Shown piece after piece: positions 40,575-51,518 of a DNA stretch of 64,000 nucleotides (positions are counted from its first letter, which is position 1; each line of letters begins with the position of its first letter). The position numbers and the translations under genes were made by a program. The notes under the pieces were generated by a model. That model was given only the letters and a program-made list of their open reading frames with translations. It had not been told where the DNA came from and searched no databases. Where the stretch lies: the NCBI GenBank assembly GCA_977020255.1, contig CDROCS010004206.1, forward strand, positions 1-64,000, written 5' to 3'. This DNA comes from Obrimoposthia wandeli. Its lineage: Eukaryota.

Positions 40575-40837
40575 AACCGTCTCTTCATAATTCTTTAGGG
40601 AGTTGACTTGCTTAAAGCACATACCAAGCCAACTGCACTAATTTGAATCAATTTAGCGGTTAATTGCACCACAACATACGCTTAGCAATTAACAAAGTTG
40701 ACATTTCGTCAGAACCGCATGATAACAGGTCTTTTTAGTCTGGGCCATCGTATAAATTTTGCACTAACGCTGTGCATATAGTGTCAGGTTAGGCACCTTA
40801 AATGAGCACTCAAAATACTATGGTGACCCCATAAGCG

Positions 40838-41761
40838 TTATTTTTTTCCATTAGCAGGCTTGCCACCCGAACGTAGGTTTATCACCTTGCCAATACTTGA
40901 GAACCAAAAATCAGCACCCATAGACGCTGCAAAGGCACTGATAAACCAGCCTAGTATCATCAGTAACCAGTCATACCACTGGAATGACTGGCTGATAAAC
41001 CCAAAGCCATGCCAGCCAATTGGAAGCTCCAATGTTTCAAGCTCGTTGGTTGTTTTCTGCAGCACCTGATAGCGTTTTTTCAACAATTCGACATCGGTTA
41101 TTACAGCGCCATTGGATTGAATTTCTTTACCATTCTCCCCTCCTACAACAAACAATCCCTTCTGTGGTAGCAATTTGGGTAGCTGCTTAACCATTTCAGC
41201 TCTTAATTCGCTATCGTGAGGGATATCACGCGCAATTCGAATAGAATCTATGTTCATTAGGGCCGCCAATATAAACGCGACCAGCAATAAGACTTTTTGA
41301 ATTTGGCGCTTATACCAACCACTGACTCGGACCATATTGCCGCTGAACCAGTCTTCAAGTTTATCTTTAAATACCTGTTCGTCATTATCAGAATCCAGCC
41401 AAATAGCCGTCAATGATTGGCGTAACCCTCCTTCTGGAAGTTCATTTAAGCAGTCGATGAATTTTTTATCGTTATGGGTATAGAGCTGCAGGCTATCAAT
41501 CAGTGCAATGCGGAAGTTTTCTGCAGGAATATACGAAGCTTTGCGATAGTTGTCTGAAAGTTTGCTAAGCATTGAATGATTTAATAATCCTTCTGACATG
41601 CCTTCGTCTTCTATCAAATAACGAATACCGCGTTCAAGTTGCTTACCCCGTAAAGATAATACCCCTGCGATGAATTCCACCAAGGTGCTGCATAACAAGC
41701 TAAATACGAGATAAACGGCGGCAAGTCCTAAAGCGACTTCGACTATGATGTGATCAAACAT
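40838..41761 (-). CDS. Conserved hypothetical membrane protein
   Basis: N-terminal TM, WFSGNMVRVSGWYKR motif, central TM and C-terminal TM with GADFWF. Confidence 0.75.
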   Translation of the reverse strand: MFDHIIVEVALGLAAVYLVFSLLCSTLVEFIAGVLSLRGKQLERGIRYLIEDEGMSEGLLNHSMLSKLSDNYRKASYIPAENFRIALIDSLQLYTHNDKKFIDCLNELPEGGLRQSLTAIWLDSDNDEQVFKDKLEDWFSGNMVRVSGWYKRQIQKVLLLVAFILAALMNIDSIRIARDIPHDSELRAEMVKQLPKLLPQKGLFVVGGENGKEIQSNGAVITDVELLKKRYQVLQKTTNELETLELPIGWHGFGFISQSFQWYDWLLMILGWFISAFAASMGADFWFSSIGKVINLRSGGKPANGKK

Positions 41762-41811
41762 GTAACGTCCTTGTGAATTTCAACTTAATCATCCATCACT
41801 GGATCATTATT

Positions 41812-42660
41812 TTATGCTTTCCGCGCTTGGCGAACTTTATCGTAAGCGGTTTGAATATCTTGTGTTTTTTCTTTTGCTAGCTTCATCATTTCTGCAGGTA
41901 AGCCTTTTGCCACCAACTTATCTGGGTGATGTTGACTCATAAGCCTGCGATATTCTTTTTTCAAATCCGTGTCGCTAATATCCGCTTTAACCCCGAGTAC
42001 GGCATACGCGGTTGCTATTTCAGAGGCTGCGCTTTGTCTGGCCTTAGAGCCCCTGCCATTAGAACCGTTATTAGTATTCCAGCCACCTGCAATTGCGGCT
42101 TTTACTCGTGAATGAATCCATTCAAACTGAAACGCTGAGATACCTAAGTCACGGCAGATTCTATCTAATACCCTGCGTTCCTCTAGGGTTAACTTGCCAT
42201 CGCTATAGGCCACGCTGAGCTGTATTTCTAGGAACATTTGAGACAGAGATGCTTGATGACTAAGTGCTTCTTTCAATCTTCGTAAGTCAGGGCCTAGGTC
42301 AAAACCTTCATCCTTGCCATCGGTAAAAAATTGAATGGCTTGCTGACGCATATCACCATTGAGTCCCATTTGACTCATGATGTGCTTTGCAGCTGTAATT
42401 TCTTCGGTTGAGACATGGCCGTCAGCCTTAGCAATGCGCCCCATCACTCGAAAGGTTGTGCGGAAAAATATTTGCTGTATCTGCAACTGCAGAGATGAAT
42501 CTACATCAGCATCAGTCTTCTGCGCATCCGCTCCCAGCATATTCCGTTCGATAAACTGATCAAATAGGTGCCCTGCTATCATGCCAATGATAATGCCAAA
42601 TGGTCCGCCGCTGAAAAGCCCAAACGTCGCGCCGGTGATTTTCCCTATCCAAATTTTCAT
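41812..42660 (-). CDS. djlA: Co-chaperone DjlA
   Basis: WIGKITG, GHLFD, TerB-like IAKADGHV and J-domain HHPDKL. Confidence 0.95.
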   Translation of the reverse strand: MKIWIGKITGATFGLFSGGPFGIIIGMIAGHLFDQFIERNMLGADAQKTDADVDSSLQLQIQQIFFRTTFRVMGRIAKADGHVSTEEITAAKHIMSQMGLNGDMRQQAIQFFTDGKDEGFDLGPDLRRLKEALSHQASLSQMFLEIQLSVAYSDGKLTLEERRVLDRICRDLGISAFQFEWIHSRVKAAIAGGWNTNNGSNGRGSKARQSAASEIATAYAVLGVKADISDTDLKKEYRRLMSQHHPDKLVAKGLPAEMMKLAKEKTQDIQTAYDKVRQARKA

Positions 42661-43397
42661 TATGTACCTGCTACCTGTTTCGCTGCCTGCGTTGCCACTT
42701 TTTTAGCTATGAGCAGGCCTTCTACTTGCTGTAAACGTTCTGGTGTCCCTACATCGACCCAATGACCTGAATAAAGTTCACCTGTTGCGCGACCTTGTGC
42801 CATAGCCTCTCTTAATAATGGCGCGAGTGGAAATGCTCCCTCTTTAGAGCTTTTAAACAACGCAGGTTTAATTAGGCTAATACCACTAAAGGTAAACGCA
42901 GCATCACCATCAGGGTTCTGTTTATTTCTATCGAATACGGCATTCGATGCCGTTAATAAAAAGTCACCCGCGGGGTTATGATCAGGATTTTTGACCAACC
43001 ATAAATGGCAAAGACCTTTGATTTTTTGATGCAACTGTATGCGCTCCCAGTCCAACCAAACATCACCATTCACTAGAAGAAAGGGCTGCTCTTCGTCCTC
43101 GTTAGCTATCAACAAAGGCAGTGCGTTATAAATGCCACCACCAGTTTCTAGCGCTTCTTGCTCAGCAGAATACTGAATACAGCAACCAAACTGACTGCCG
43201 TCACCCAAGGCTTCTTCAATCATATGACCCAGATACGCATGATTGATTACGATGTCTAAAATACCCAATTTAACCAATTGTTCAATGTGATGAACAATTA
43301 AGGGTTTGCCTGCGACGGGCAATAAAGGTTTAGGACAATTATCCGTTAAAGGCCGCATTCGACTTCCTAAACCCGCCGCAAGAATCATCGCTTTCAC
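42660..43397 (-). CDS. murU: MurNAc-1-phosphate uridylyltransferase
   Basis: KAMILAAGLGSRMRPLT..PKPLL, LETGGGI, VNGD, WVDVGTPERL; downstream of amgK. Confidence 0.9.
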   Translation of the reverse strand: MKAMILAAGLGSRMRPLTDNCPKPLLPVAGKPLIVHHIEQLVKLGILDIVINHAYLGHMIEEALGDGSQFGCCIQYSAEQEALETGGGIYNALPLLIANEDEEQPFLLVNGDVWLDWERIQLHQKIKGLCHLWLVKNPDHNPAGDFLLTASNAVFDRNKQNPDGDAAFTFSGISLIKPALFKSSKEGAFPLAPLLREAMAQGRATGELYSGHWVDVGTPERLQQVEGLLIAKKVATQAAKQVAGT

Positions 43398-43411
43398 GTT
43401 ACTATTCCTTT

Positions 43412-44455
43412 CTAATCTTTTTTCAACGCAGGCAAGAATACCGATTCCAGCCATGCACTGAACGCTTCAAATTCCGGGTATAAACGGGCCGTTTTAACGA
43501 TGTATTCACACGTTCTTGGTACATCGTTTAAATAATCATGCTTACCGTCACGAATGCTCAAGCGGGCAAAAATTCCGGCCGCTTTTAAATGTCGCTGCAT
43601 GCCCATTAGGTCGAAGTTACGAATTAACTGATTTTCAGTAACACCGGTTATTTGAGTGCTATTTTCTTTAATACTCTTGGCCCTAAAGTAAGCCAACCAA
43701 GCTAAGACCTGTTCACGAGGCCATTGGATATAACAATCTTTTAGCAATGAAACCAAGTCATAGGTAATTGGCCCATAAACCGCATCTTGAAAATCAATAA
43801 TGCCAATAAATTTTTCATTATGCAGAGGAGGATTCGCTTTGCAGACCATGAGGTTACGTGAGTGATAATCACGATGAACCATAACTTGAGTCTGAGCTAA
43901 GGCAGAGTTAGCCAAGGTTTCAAATACTTGCTTCAACATGGCTTTGTCAGTATCACTAAGCACTAACTTTAAATGTTCTTCACACAGCCAATCAGGGAAT
44001 AAAGCCATTTCGCGATCTAATAATTCACGATTGTATTCGGGTATATTTTCGGTACGCGGCAGCTGCTGCAACTCGATCAAAGAGTCGATCGATGATTTAT
44101 AAAGTCCATCAGCGGCGTCTGCGGTTAACTCTGGGTGCAATAACACATCACCAAAGTCTTCTAGCAGCATAAACCCTTGAGCCTCATCAAAAGCTAATAC
44201 AGTGGGAACTTTCACCCCTGCAGAGGACCAAACATTGGCGATATCAACAAATTGGCGGCTATTTTCATGCTCAGGAGGCGCATCAACGGCGATCCACTGC
44301 TTTTGCACGCCCTTTTCATTATAAATGATGCGAAAATATCGCCTAAAACTAGCATCACCCGATACGGTTACCATTTGAGCAGGTATACTGTGCTGATATA
44401 GTTGCTCGATCCGATCGGCGGCCCAGTGGGCTAAAACGTCCTGACGCTGATCCAT
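43412..44455 (-). CDS. amgK: Anomeric MurNAc/GlcNAc kinase
   Basis: GDASFRRYFR, DAPP, LLEDFG, HRDYHSRNLM, IDFQDA, QRHLKAAGIFARL. Confidence 0.9.
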   Translation of the reverse strand: MDQRQDVLAHWAADRIEQLYQHSIPAQMVTVSGDASFRRYFRIIYNEKGVQKQWIAVDAPPEHENSRQFVDIANVWSSAGVKVPTVLAFDEAQGFMLLEDFGDVLLHPELTADAADGLYKSSIDSLIELQQLPRTENIPEYNRELLDREMALFPDWLCEEHLKLVLSDTDKAMLKQVFETLANSALAQTQVMVHRDYHSRNLMVCKANPPLHNEKFIGIIDFQDAVYGPITYDLVSLLKDCYIQWPREQVLAWLAYFRAKSIKENSTQITGVTENQLIRNFDLMGMQRHLKAAGIFARLSIRDGKHDYLNDVPRTCEYIVKTARLYPEFEAFSAWLESVFLPALKKD

Positions 44456-44523
44456 ACTAGCCTCTTAATTATTCAACTTTTACGCACCATAGCATAAGGA
44501 TCGATCGGATTCTCCGATTTAAC

Positions 44524-46995
44524 ATGAACAAAGTATTTTCCCTGTTAATTACGATTTTTAGTACATTTTCTACTCAGTTTGCCAGTGCAAACGATGGCGT
44601 GGAAGATTACTCTTTTCAGCCTCTATCTTGGTATCCGCTTGAAGCGCTAACGCCGGCCGAGGCCGAAGCGTTGCCTGAGTTCTGTACCGGAAAATATCGC
44701 CCTGTCGCGATCACTCCTCGTAGCGAAAAAAGCATTCTCATCGAAGCCGCTGAATCTTCCGCTAATAAAGATGGCGACGCGGTCTTCAAGGGTAATGTCG
44801 AATTTAGCCAACAGAACAAAAAGATATTCAGCAATCATGCAACTTGGTCACAAAATAATCGTACGGCTAACTTCACGGGGAACGTAAACATAATCACTCC
44901 TGATTTAATCATGTCAGGCGAACGTGCTCTAATCGATGATAACGATCAAATCAAAAAGAAAACGGCCACAGTTGAGCAAAGCGAATATTCTATTCCTAGT
45001 GCTCACATGCGTGGTACTGCGGGCAGTATCGATAGCGAAGGCGAAACGTTCATCCAATTAACCGATTCAACGTATACTTTTTGTGAACCGGGTAATAATG
45101 ATTGGGATATTAAAGCCAGCGAGATTAATCTTGATCGTGAAAATGGTATCGGCAGCGCATGGCATACGCAGTTAAGAATTAAAGAAGTTCCTATAATGTA
45201 CCTGCCGTATTATCGTTTTCCTATTGACGATAGACGCATGACGGGCTTTTTAGACCCAACTTTTAGCATCAATGGTGAAGTGCAAGCCACTGATATGTCG
45301 ATCCCTTTTTATCTCAATTTACACCCACAAGTTGATGCGACGATTACGCCAAAAGAGTTGCTAGATCATGGCTTACTGTGGCAAGGCCAAGTTCGTCATC
45401 TCACTAGTATTTTTGGTTATGGTGAATTCAACTATGGCGAGCTAAAAAATGATCGTGAGTATTTACAAGACCAAACTAAGATTGATTCTGTCACTGGCGA
45501 TACTGTAAAAATCGATACACCAAGACAAGATCGCTGGTTAATTAACTATCAGCAGCGCGGCGACATAAATGCTAACTGGCATCACCGTTGGGTCTATAAC
45601 GAAGTAAGTGACAATGATTATCTAAACGATACAAAATCTAACATCGGGGTTAATCGTGAAACTCACATGCCGACTCGGGGTGAAATTTACTTTGATCAAA
45701 GCGCATGGCACTTTGATATCTTAGGTGAAAGTTTTCAGACCGTTGACGATACCATTGCCTTATCTTCTCGCCCTTATAAACGCCTACCGCAACTGAACTT
45801 AAATTACTCACCTGGTTCTTTTTCTGGGTTCACAGGCACCGTAAAAAGCCAAGCGACCAAGTTCAAACGCGATAATGATGAGCTCACCGGAACCAGTGCC
45901 ATTAACGGCACGCGTTTAGTATTAGATTCTTCGGTCAGTTATACCTTTGAATGGCCGTTCGCTTACATTACCCCCAAGGCAGACTATAACGTTCGACAAT
46001 ATCAACTCGACGATGTAGAACAAAGTTTACTTGATAGTGGTTATGAGGAGAATCCTAACATCACGATTCCTAAATACAGCCTTGATGCGGGATTATTTTT
46101 TGAGCGTGAATTTTCAGCCTTTAACTCGGCGTATATCCAAACCCTTGAACCCAGAATAATGCATCTTCAGGTGCCTTATTATGATCAAAGTAAAATCCCT
46201 GACTTTGATAGCAGCGTTCTCACATTTAACTCCAGTCAATTATTTCGTGATTATCGCTTTAACGGCAACGACAGGGTCGGCGATGCCAATCAGACAACTC
46301 TAGGTTTAACCACTCGTTTTCTACAAGACAGCGATGGCAGCGAAACGTTCAATGCCAGTATTGGTCGTATTTATTATCATGAAGACAGACGCGTTCAGTT
46401 GTCAGGTACTACGATAAGCGAGGCCGATAGCCGAAAGAAATCTTCAACCATCGCTGAAAGTACTTGGAACCCTTATGATGAATGGCGCCTGTATAGCATG
46501 GTCGAATACGGCGAATTGCCAAAAGTGAGCGGTGAAGACTCTGAACAAGATATTTTGCAAAAACAATTCAGCATCGAATATAACGATCAATTAAATCACA
46601 TGGCCAACATTAGCTTGCGTGAAAATAAAAGTGAAAGCATTCGCCAATTAGACCTTGGGGTTTTCTGGGCCATCAATGATTCTTGGGCATTAATTGGTAG
46701 TCGTAAAAAAGATTTATGGGATTATGAAAGCGGTGAGTTAAAGCCAGTAGACCCAGTGATTGAAGCACTTGCCGGTTTCGAATATCAAAGCTGCTGCTGG
46801 CGCGCACAAGTTTTATATCAAGAACAAAGCAAACGAATTACCGATGACGAGTCGAATACCGATAAAACGTATGGCTGGTTATTACGCATAGAATTAAAAG
46901 GCCTCGCCAGTTTTGGGGCAAATCCAGACGACATTATGAATCAATCAATCCGCGGATATTCAACCCGCCGCTATTTTGATTTTGAAAGCGAATAA
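44524..46995 (+). CDS. lptD: LPS-assembly protein LptD
   Basis: Signal peptide, FCEPG..W, PIMYLPY, TLEPR, DRVGDANQ, YQSCCW; upstream of surA. Confidence 0.93.
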   Translation: MNKVFSLLITIFSTFSTQFASANDGVEDYSFQPLSWYPLEALTPAEAEALPEFCTGKYRPVAITPRSEKSILIEAAESSANKDGDAVFKGNVEFSQQNKKIFSNHATWSQNNRTANFTGNVNIITPDLIMSGERALIDDNDQIKKKTATVEQSEYSIPSAHMRGTAGSIDSEGETFIQLTDSTYTFCEPGNNDWDIKASEINLDRENGIGSAWHTQLRIKEVPIMYLPYYRFPIDDRRMTGFLDPTFSINGEVQATDMSIPFYLNLHPQVDATITPKELLDHGLLWQGQVRHLTSIFGYGEFNYGELKNDREYLQDQTKIDSVTGDTVKIDTPRQDRWLINYQQRGDINANWHHRWVYNEVSDNDYLNDTKSNIGVNRETHMPTRGEIYFDQSAWHFDILGESFQTVDDTIALSSRPYKRLPQLNLNYSPGSFSGFTGTVKSQATKFKRDNDELTGTSAINGTRLVLDSSVSYTFEWPFAYITPKADYNVRQYQLDDVEQSLLDSGYEENPNITIPKYSLDAGLFFEREFSAFNSAYIQTLEPRIMHLQVPYYDQSKIPDFDSSVLTFNSSQLFRDYRFNGNDRVGDANQTTLGLTTRFLQDSDGSETFNASIGRIYYHEDRRVQLSGTTISEADSRKKSSTIAESTWNPYDEWRLYSMVEYGELPKVSGEDSEQDILQKQFSIEYNDQLNHMANISLRENKSESIRQLDLGVFWAINDSWALIGSRKKDLWDYESGELKPVDPVIEALAGFEYQSCCWRAQVLYQEQSKRITDDESNTDKTYGWLLRIELKGLASFGANPDDIMNQSIRGYSTRRYFDFESE

Positions 46996-47017
46996 GTTAC
47001 AGGAATAAGCAAACCCT

Positions 47018-48301
47018 ATGAATAAAAAAGCTCTTTTAGGCTTAGTGACCTTTTGTACTGCCTTTAGCCTTGCAGTGAATTCAAATGCAGCCCCCGTCGA
47101 CATAGATCGTATTGCCGCTATCGTCGATGAAGGTGTCATCATGCAAAGCGAACTCGATGCGCGCATGGACTCTGTTAAGCGTCAGATGGGTGGACAAATT
47201 CCTCCTGACAGTTTGTTGCGTCCACAAGTACTTGAACGTTTGATTCTAGAAAACATTCAATTACAAATGGCTGATCGCGGCGGTGTACAAGTTTCAGATC
47301 AACAACTGACTGAAACGGTTAAGCGCATCGCTAAGCAAAATGGCATGACAATTGAACAATTCAGCGCCGCGTTACAAAAAGATGGCCTTTCGTATCGCGA
47401 AGCGGTTGAGCAAATTCGTACAGAGATGATTATTAGCCGCGTTCAAAAATTCCAAGTGAATAATCGCGTACAGATTTCACAGCAAGATATTGATTATTTT
47501 TTAGCGTCTAAAGCCGGACAAATGGCTGCTGAAGCGGAATACCGCTTAAGCCATATATTGATTTCAATTCCTAGCCAAGCCAGTGCAAGCGAAATTAAAG
47601 CAGCCCGCACTAAAGCCAATAAGATCGTCGCCGATATTAAAGCCGGAAAGAATTTCCAGCAGCAAGCCATTGCACAGTCAAACGGTCGTAACGCATTAAA
47701 AGGCGGTGATTTAGGCTGGCGTAAGCAAGCACAGCTTCCTTCTTTATTTGCTGATGCCGTGATCGATTTAACACTCGGTGAAGTATCGCAGCCAATCAAA
47801 AGCGCCAGTGGTTTTCATATTATTCAAATTGCTGAAAAGCGTGGCGGCTCGACCATGATGGTACTGCAAAATAAAGTACGCCATGTATTGGTGATGCCCA
47901 ATGAAATTCGTTCCGATGCGGATTCTGAAGCGCGTATTAAGCAAGTTTACAAGAAGCTTGATAATGGCGGCGACTTTACTGAGCTGGCTAAAAAATACAG
48001 TGATGATCCAGGCAGTGCTGCCAATGGTGGCGATCTAGGCTGGGTTAACCCAGGTGATATGGTGCCTGCCTTTGATCGTATTATGAGTGAAATTGAACCG
48101 GGTAAATTAAGTAAGCCCTTTAAGAGTAAATTCGGCTGGCACATTCTGCAGGTTGAAGAACGTAAAGAAACCGATTTAGGTGAGCAGGTTCAACGCAACC
48201 AGATTCATCAAATGCTGCAGTCTCGTCAGTTCGAAGAAGAGCTGCCTATTTGGCTGCGTAAGATTCGCTCAGAATCTTATGTTGATATTAAAGAGTCGTA
48301 A
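47018..48301 (+). CDS. surA: Chaperone/PPIase SurA
   Basis: DRIAAIVDEG, two parvulin domains (SHILI..GGDLGW; RHVLV..GGDLGW). Confidence 0.95.
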   Translation: MNKKALLGLVTFCTAFSLAVNSNAAPVDIDRIAAIVDEGVIMQSELDARMDSVKRQMGGQIPPDSLLRPQVLERLILENIQLQMADRGGVQVSDQQLTETVKRIAKQNGMTIEQFSAALQKDGLSYREAVEQIRTEMIISRVQKFQVNNRVQISQQDIDYFLASKAGQMAAEAEYRLSHILISIPSQASASEIKAARTKANKIVADIKAGKNFQQQAIAQSNGRNALKGGDLGWRKQAQLPSLFADAVIDLTLGEVSQPIKSASGFHIIQIAEKRGGSTMMVLQNKVRHVLVMPNEIRSDADSEARIKQVYKKLDNGGDFTELAKKYSDDPGSAANGGDLGWVNPGDMVPAFDRIMSEIEPGKLSKPFKSKFGWHILQVEERKETDLGEQVQRNQIHQMLQSRQFEEELPIWLRKIRSESYVDIKES

Positions 48302-49348
48302 TTGATGACGGTTTCTAATTCTGCTACTCATACTCAGACAATACCTGTTCTAGCAATCACAGCGGGTGAACCTGCTGGCATCGGTCCTGACCTGTGTGTG
48401 CAAATTGCACAGCAAGCTTGGGATTATCAGATTTTAGTAATCTGCGATAAGCAACTATTGCTCGAGCGTGCAAAACAACTCGGCTTACCTTTAGTTATTT
48501 CAGACTTTGACGAGAATCAACCGGCACAATCGCATACCATTGGCCATCTCTGGGTTAAACATGTTCCTTTAGGCCAGGTCAGTATTGCCGGTGAATTAAA
48601 TACAGCTAATAGTACCTATGTATTGAAGACGTTAGATATTGCGACTCAAGGTTGCCTTGATGGCCACTGGCACGCGATGGTGACCGCACCACTGCATAAA
48701 GGTGTGATCAATGATTCTGTTGAAATAGTGACAGGATCTTTTACTGGCCATACCGAATATTTGCGCGATTTTTGCGGCTGCGAAGAAGTCGTTATGATGC
48801 TAGCAACGGAAGATTTAAGAGTCGCACTCGTAACGACTCACTTACCTTTAAGAGACGTCGCTGATGCGATCACTCCAGATCGAATCAGTCGCGTTGCGCG
48901 TATTTTACATCACGACCTACAGCAATTCTTTGCCATCGAGCAACCTAGGATTCTGGTCGCAGGTTTAAACCCTCACGCAGGTGAAGGTGGTCATTTGGGT
49001 ATGGAAGAGATTGAGATTATTGAGCCAACCTTAAAGGCGCTTAATAACGAAGGTTTAAACCTAATTGGTCCCCTTCCCGCTGATACCCTTTACACACCGA
49101 AACATCTTGAACATGCCGATGCTACATTAGCCATGTATCATGATCAGGGTTTACCGGTATTAAAGTTTCATGGATTTGGCAGAGCCGCTAACATTACATT
49201 GGGCCTTCCCATCATTCGAACCTCTGTTGACCATGGCACCGCGCTTGATTTAGCCGGTTCAGGTACAGCAGATTCAGGCAGTTTAGAAACCGCTTTAAGA
49301 GTTGCCGCACAAATGGCTGTGGCATATCAAACCAAGAGAACATCATGA
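48302..49348 (+). CDS. pdxA: 4-hydroxythreonine-4-phosphate dehydrogenase
   Basis: GEPAGIGPD, GHTE, GLNPHAGE, MYHDQGL, RTSVDHGTA. Confidence 0.95.
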   Translation: MMTVSNSATHTQTIPVLAITAGEPAGIGPDLCVQIAQQAWDYQILVICDKQLLLERAKQLGLPLVISDFDENQPAQSHTIGHLWVKHVPLGQVSIAGELNTANSTYVLKTLDIATQGCLDGHWHAMVTAPLHKGVINDSVEIVTGSFTGHTEYLRDFCGCEEVVMMLATEDLRVALVTTHLPLRDVADAITPDRISRVARILHHDLQQFFAIEQPRILVAGLNPHAGEGGHLGMEEIEIIEPTLKALNNEGLNLIGPLPADTLYTPKHLEHADATLAMYHDQGLPVLKFHGFGRAANITLGLPIIRTSVDHGTALDLAGSGTADSGSLETALRVAAQMAVAYQTKRTS

Positions 49349-50256
49349 GTGATTTTAATGCCCCGCGTTCAACGGGCAATCGTAAAAAAGCAGGTCGACA
49401 AAAATCTGCAGCACAGAAAGTTTTAACCGCCAATCAAGGGCATAAAGCCCGTAAGCGCTTTGGTCAAAACTTTCTGCACGACGCTAATATCATTAATAAG
49501 ATCGTGCTTGCGATCAATCCAAAAGAAGGCCAAAACTTGGTTGAAATTGGACCGGGTATGGGCGCAATTACTGGGCCGGTATTAGAAGCCACTGGTGCGT
49601 TGAACGTTGTAGAAATCGACCGTGATTTGATTCCACGCCTACGGACACAGTTCTTTAATTACCCAAACTTTAAAGTCTATGAAGGCGATGCCCTTCAGTA
49701 TGACTTTACTCAGCTAATTGATAAAGAAGCCGAAAATCCAGCCCCGCTGCGTATTATTGGTAACTTGCCTTATAACATTTCGACGCCGCTGATTTTTCAT
49801 CTGTTGAGCTATACCAAAGAACACTTAGTGCATGACATGCATTTCATGCTGCAAAAAGAAGTAGTTCAGCGTTTAGCAGCCGCTCCAGGTACATCAGACT
49901 ACGGCCGCTTAAGTATCATGGCGCAATACTGGTGTCGTGTAGAACCTTTGTTTATTGTAGGCCCAGGTGCGTTTAATCCGCCGCCTAAAGTAGATTCGGC
50001 CATCGTGCGCTTAGTGCCTCACGATGACTTGCCTTTTCCTACTAAAAGCGTTACTACGTTTCAAAATGTTGTTCGCCAAGCGTTCAACATGCGCCGCAAG
50101 ACCTTGCGTAATACGCTTAAAAGCATGATTACTGCAGAAAACATCGAAAGTTTAGATATTGATGCTGGCTTACGTCCTGAGCGCTTAAGCTTGGAAGAGT
50201 ACGTAAGAATTGCTGATTTTGTTTTCGAAAATCCATTAGTGACGGATGATCAATAA
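49345..50256 (+). CDS. rsmA: 16S rRNA m6(2)A dimethyltransferase
   Basis: RKRFGQNFL, EIGPG, EIDRDL, GNLPYNIS, MLQKEV, PPPKVDS. Confidence 0.95.
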   Translation: MSDFNAPRSTGNRKKAGRQKSAAQKVLTANQGHKARKRFGQNFLHDANIINKIVLAINPKEGQNLVEIGPGMGAITGPVLEATGALNVVEIDRDLIPRLRTQFFNYPNFKVYEGDALQYDFTQLIDKEAENPAPLRIIGNLPYNISTPLIFHLLSYTKEHLVHDMHFMLQKEVVQRLAAAPGTSDYGRLSIMAQYWCRVEPLFIVGPGAFNPPPKVDSAIVRLVPHDDLPFPTKSVTTFQNVVRQAFNMRRKTLRNTLKSMITAENIESLDIDAGLRPERLSLEEYVRIADFVFENPLVTDDQ

Positions 50257-50257
50257 A

Positions 50258-50695
50258 ATGGCTGATCTAGACGCGAGCAGCATTTTACCTGCGCACGAAA
50301 TACCTGAGGTCATCGTTACGGTGCAGCCTCAGTATATTGAAGCTCAATCTCTTCCTAAAGAGCAGCGCTACGTATTTGCCTATCATGTTGATATCTATAA
50401 CTCTGGCCACCACCCGATACAGTTGATGACTCGTCATTGGTTAATTACCGATGGTGATGGCAAGTTAGAAGAAGTGCAAGGTGATGGCGTTGTCGGCGAA
50501 AACCCGACCATTAGCCCTGGAGATAGCTATCAATACTCTAGTGGTGCCGTTCTTAATACGCAGGTCGGCAGTATGAGCGGCCACTACGGTATGCGAGTAT
50601 GTTTAGAAGCGGAAGAAGAGACAGACGTTGATGCGGTATTATTTGATGCCCAAATCCCTGTATTTACTTTAGCCGTTCCTTCGGCACTAAATTAG
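50258..50695 (+). CDS. apaG: ApaG protein
   Basis: YVFAY, QLMTRHWLITD, GDGVVGE.P, YSSG. Confidence 0.93.
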   Translation: MADLDASSILPAHEIPEVIVTVQPQYIEAQSLPKEQRYVFAYHVDIYNSGHHPIQLMTRHWLITDGDGKLEEVQGDGVVGENPTISPGDSYQYSSGAVLNTQVGSMSGHYGMRVCLEAEEETDVDAVLFDAQIPVFTLAVPSALN

Positions 50696-50708
50696 AGGTT
50701 TGTAACGA

Positions 50709-51518
50709 GTGGCTACTTACGCAATTGGTGATGTTCAAGGCTGTTATGATTCGTTAATGGCCTTGTTAGAAAAAATCGATTACGACGATAACAAAGATAC
50801 CCTTTGGTTTGCCGGCGACTTGGTTAATCGTGGCCCTAAATCACTAAAAACATTACGTTTTATTAAGGGCTTAGGGGATAAAGCGATATCTGTGCTCGGT
50901 AATCACGACCTGCATTTATTGGCCCTATACTTCAATGAGAACAACCCTAAAAAGTCGGATACTTTAGAAGAAATACTTAACGCTAGCGATAGCGAAGAGC
51001 TGATGCACTGGCTAAGACATCAACCACTTGTGCACCATGATGAAAGCCTAAATGCACTGATGGTACACGCGGGAATTCCACCTAAATGGAGTGCTAAAAA
51101 AGCACTTAAACGATCTTTAGAAGTTGAAGCCTTTATTCAATCTGCTGATTTCCGTGAATTCTTTAATGCCATGTATGGCAATATCCCTGATCAGTGGGAT
51201 AAGTCTTTGGTCGGTATGGACCGTTTACGCATCATCGTAAACTATTTCACTCGCATGCGTTTTTGCACTCAAGACGGTCAACTCGACTTATTGACCAAAG
51301 AAGGCTTAGATAAGAAGCCTCTGGGCTTTAGCCCTTGGTTTGAGCTCGAGCGTAAAGCAAAAGATACCCGTATTTTCTTTGGCCACTGGGCAGCGCTAGA
51401 AGGCAAGACAGACGTCGATAATGTCTTTGCCCTTGATACGGGCTGCGTTTGGGGTGGAAAGCTCAGTGCTATGCGCTTAGAAGACGAAACTTGGTTTCGA
51501 GTTAGCGCACAAGATTAA
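50709..51518 (+). CDS. apaH: Symmetrical bis(5'-nucleosyl)-tetraphosphatase
   Basis: IGDVQGC, GDLVNRG, LGNHDLHL, FGHWAAL, LDTGCVWG. Confidence 0.95.
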   Translation: MATYAIGDVQGCYDSLMALLEKIDYDDNKDTLWFAGDLVNRGPKSLKTLRFIKGLGDKAISVLGNHDLHLLALYFNENNPKKSDTLEEILNASDSEELMHWLRHQPLVHHDESLNALMVHAGIPPKWSAKKALKRSLEVEAFIQSADFREFFNAMYGNIPDQWDKSLVGMDRLRIIVNYFTRMRFCTQDGQLDLLTKEGLDKKPLGFSPWFELERKAKDTRIFFGHWAALEGKTDVDNVFALDTGCVWGGKLSAMRLEDETWFRVSAQD

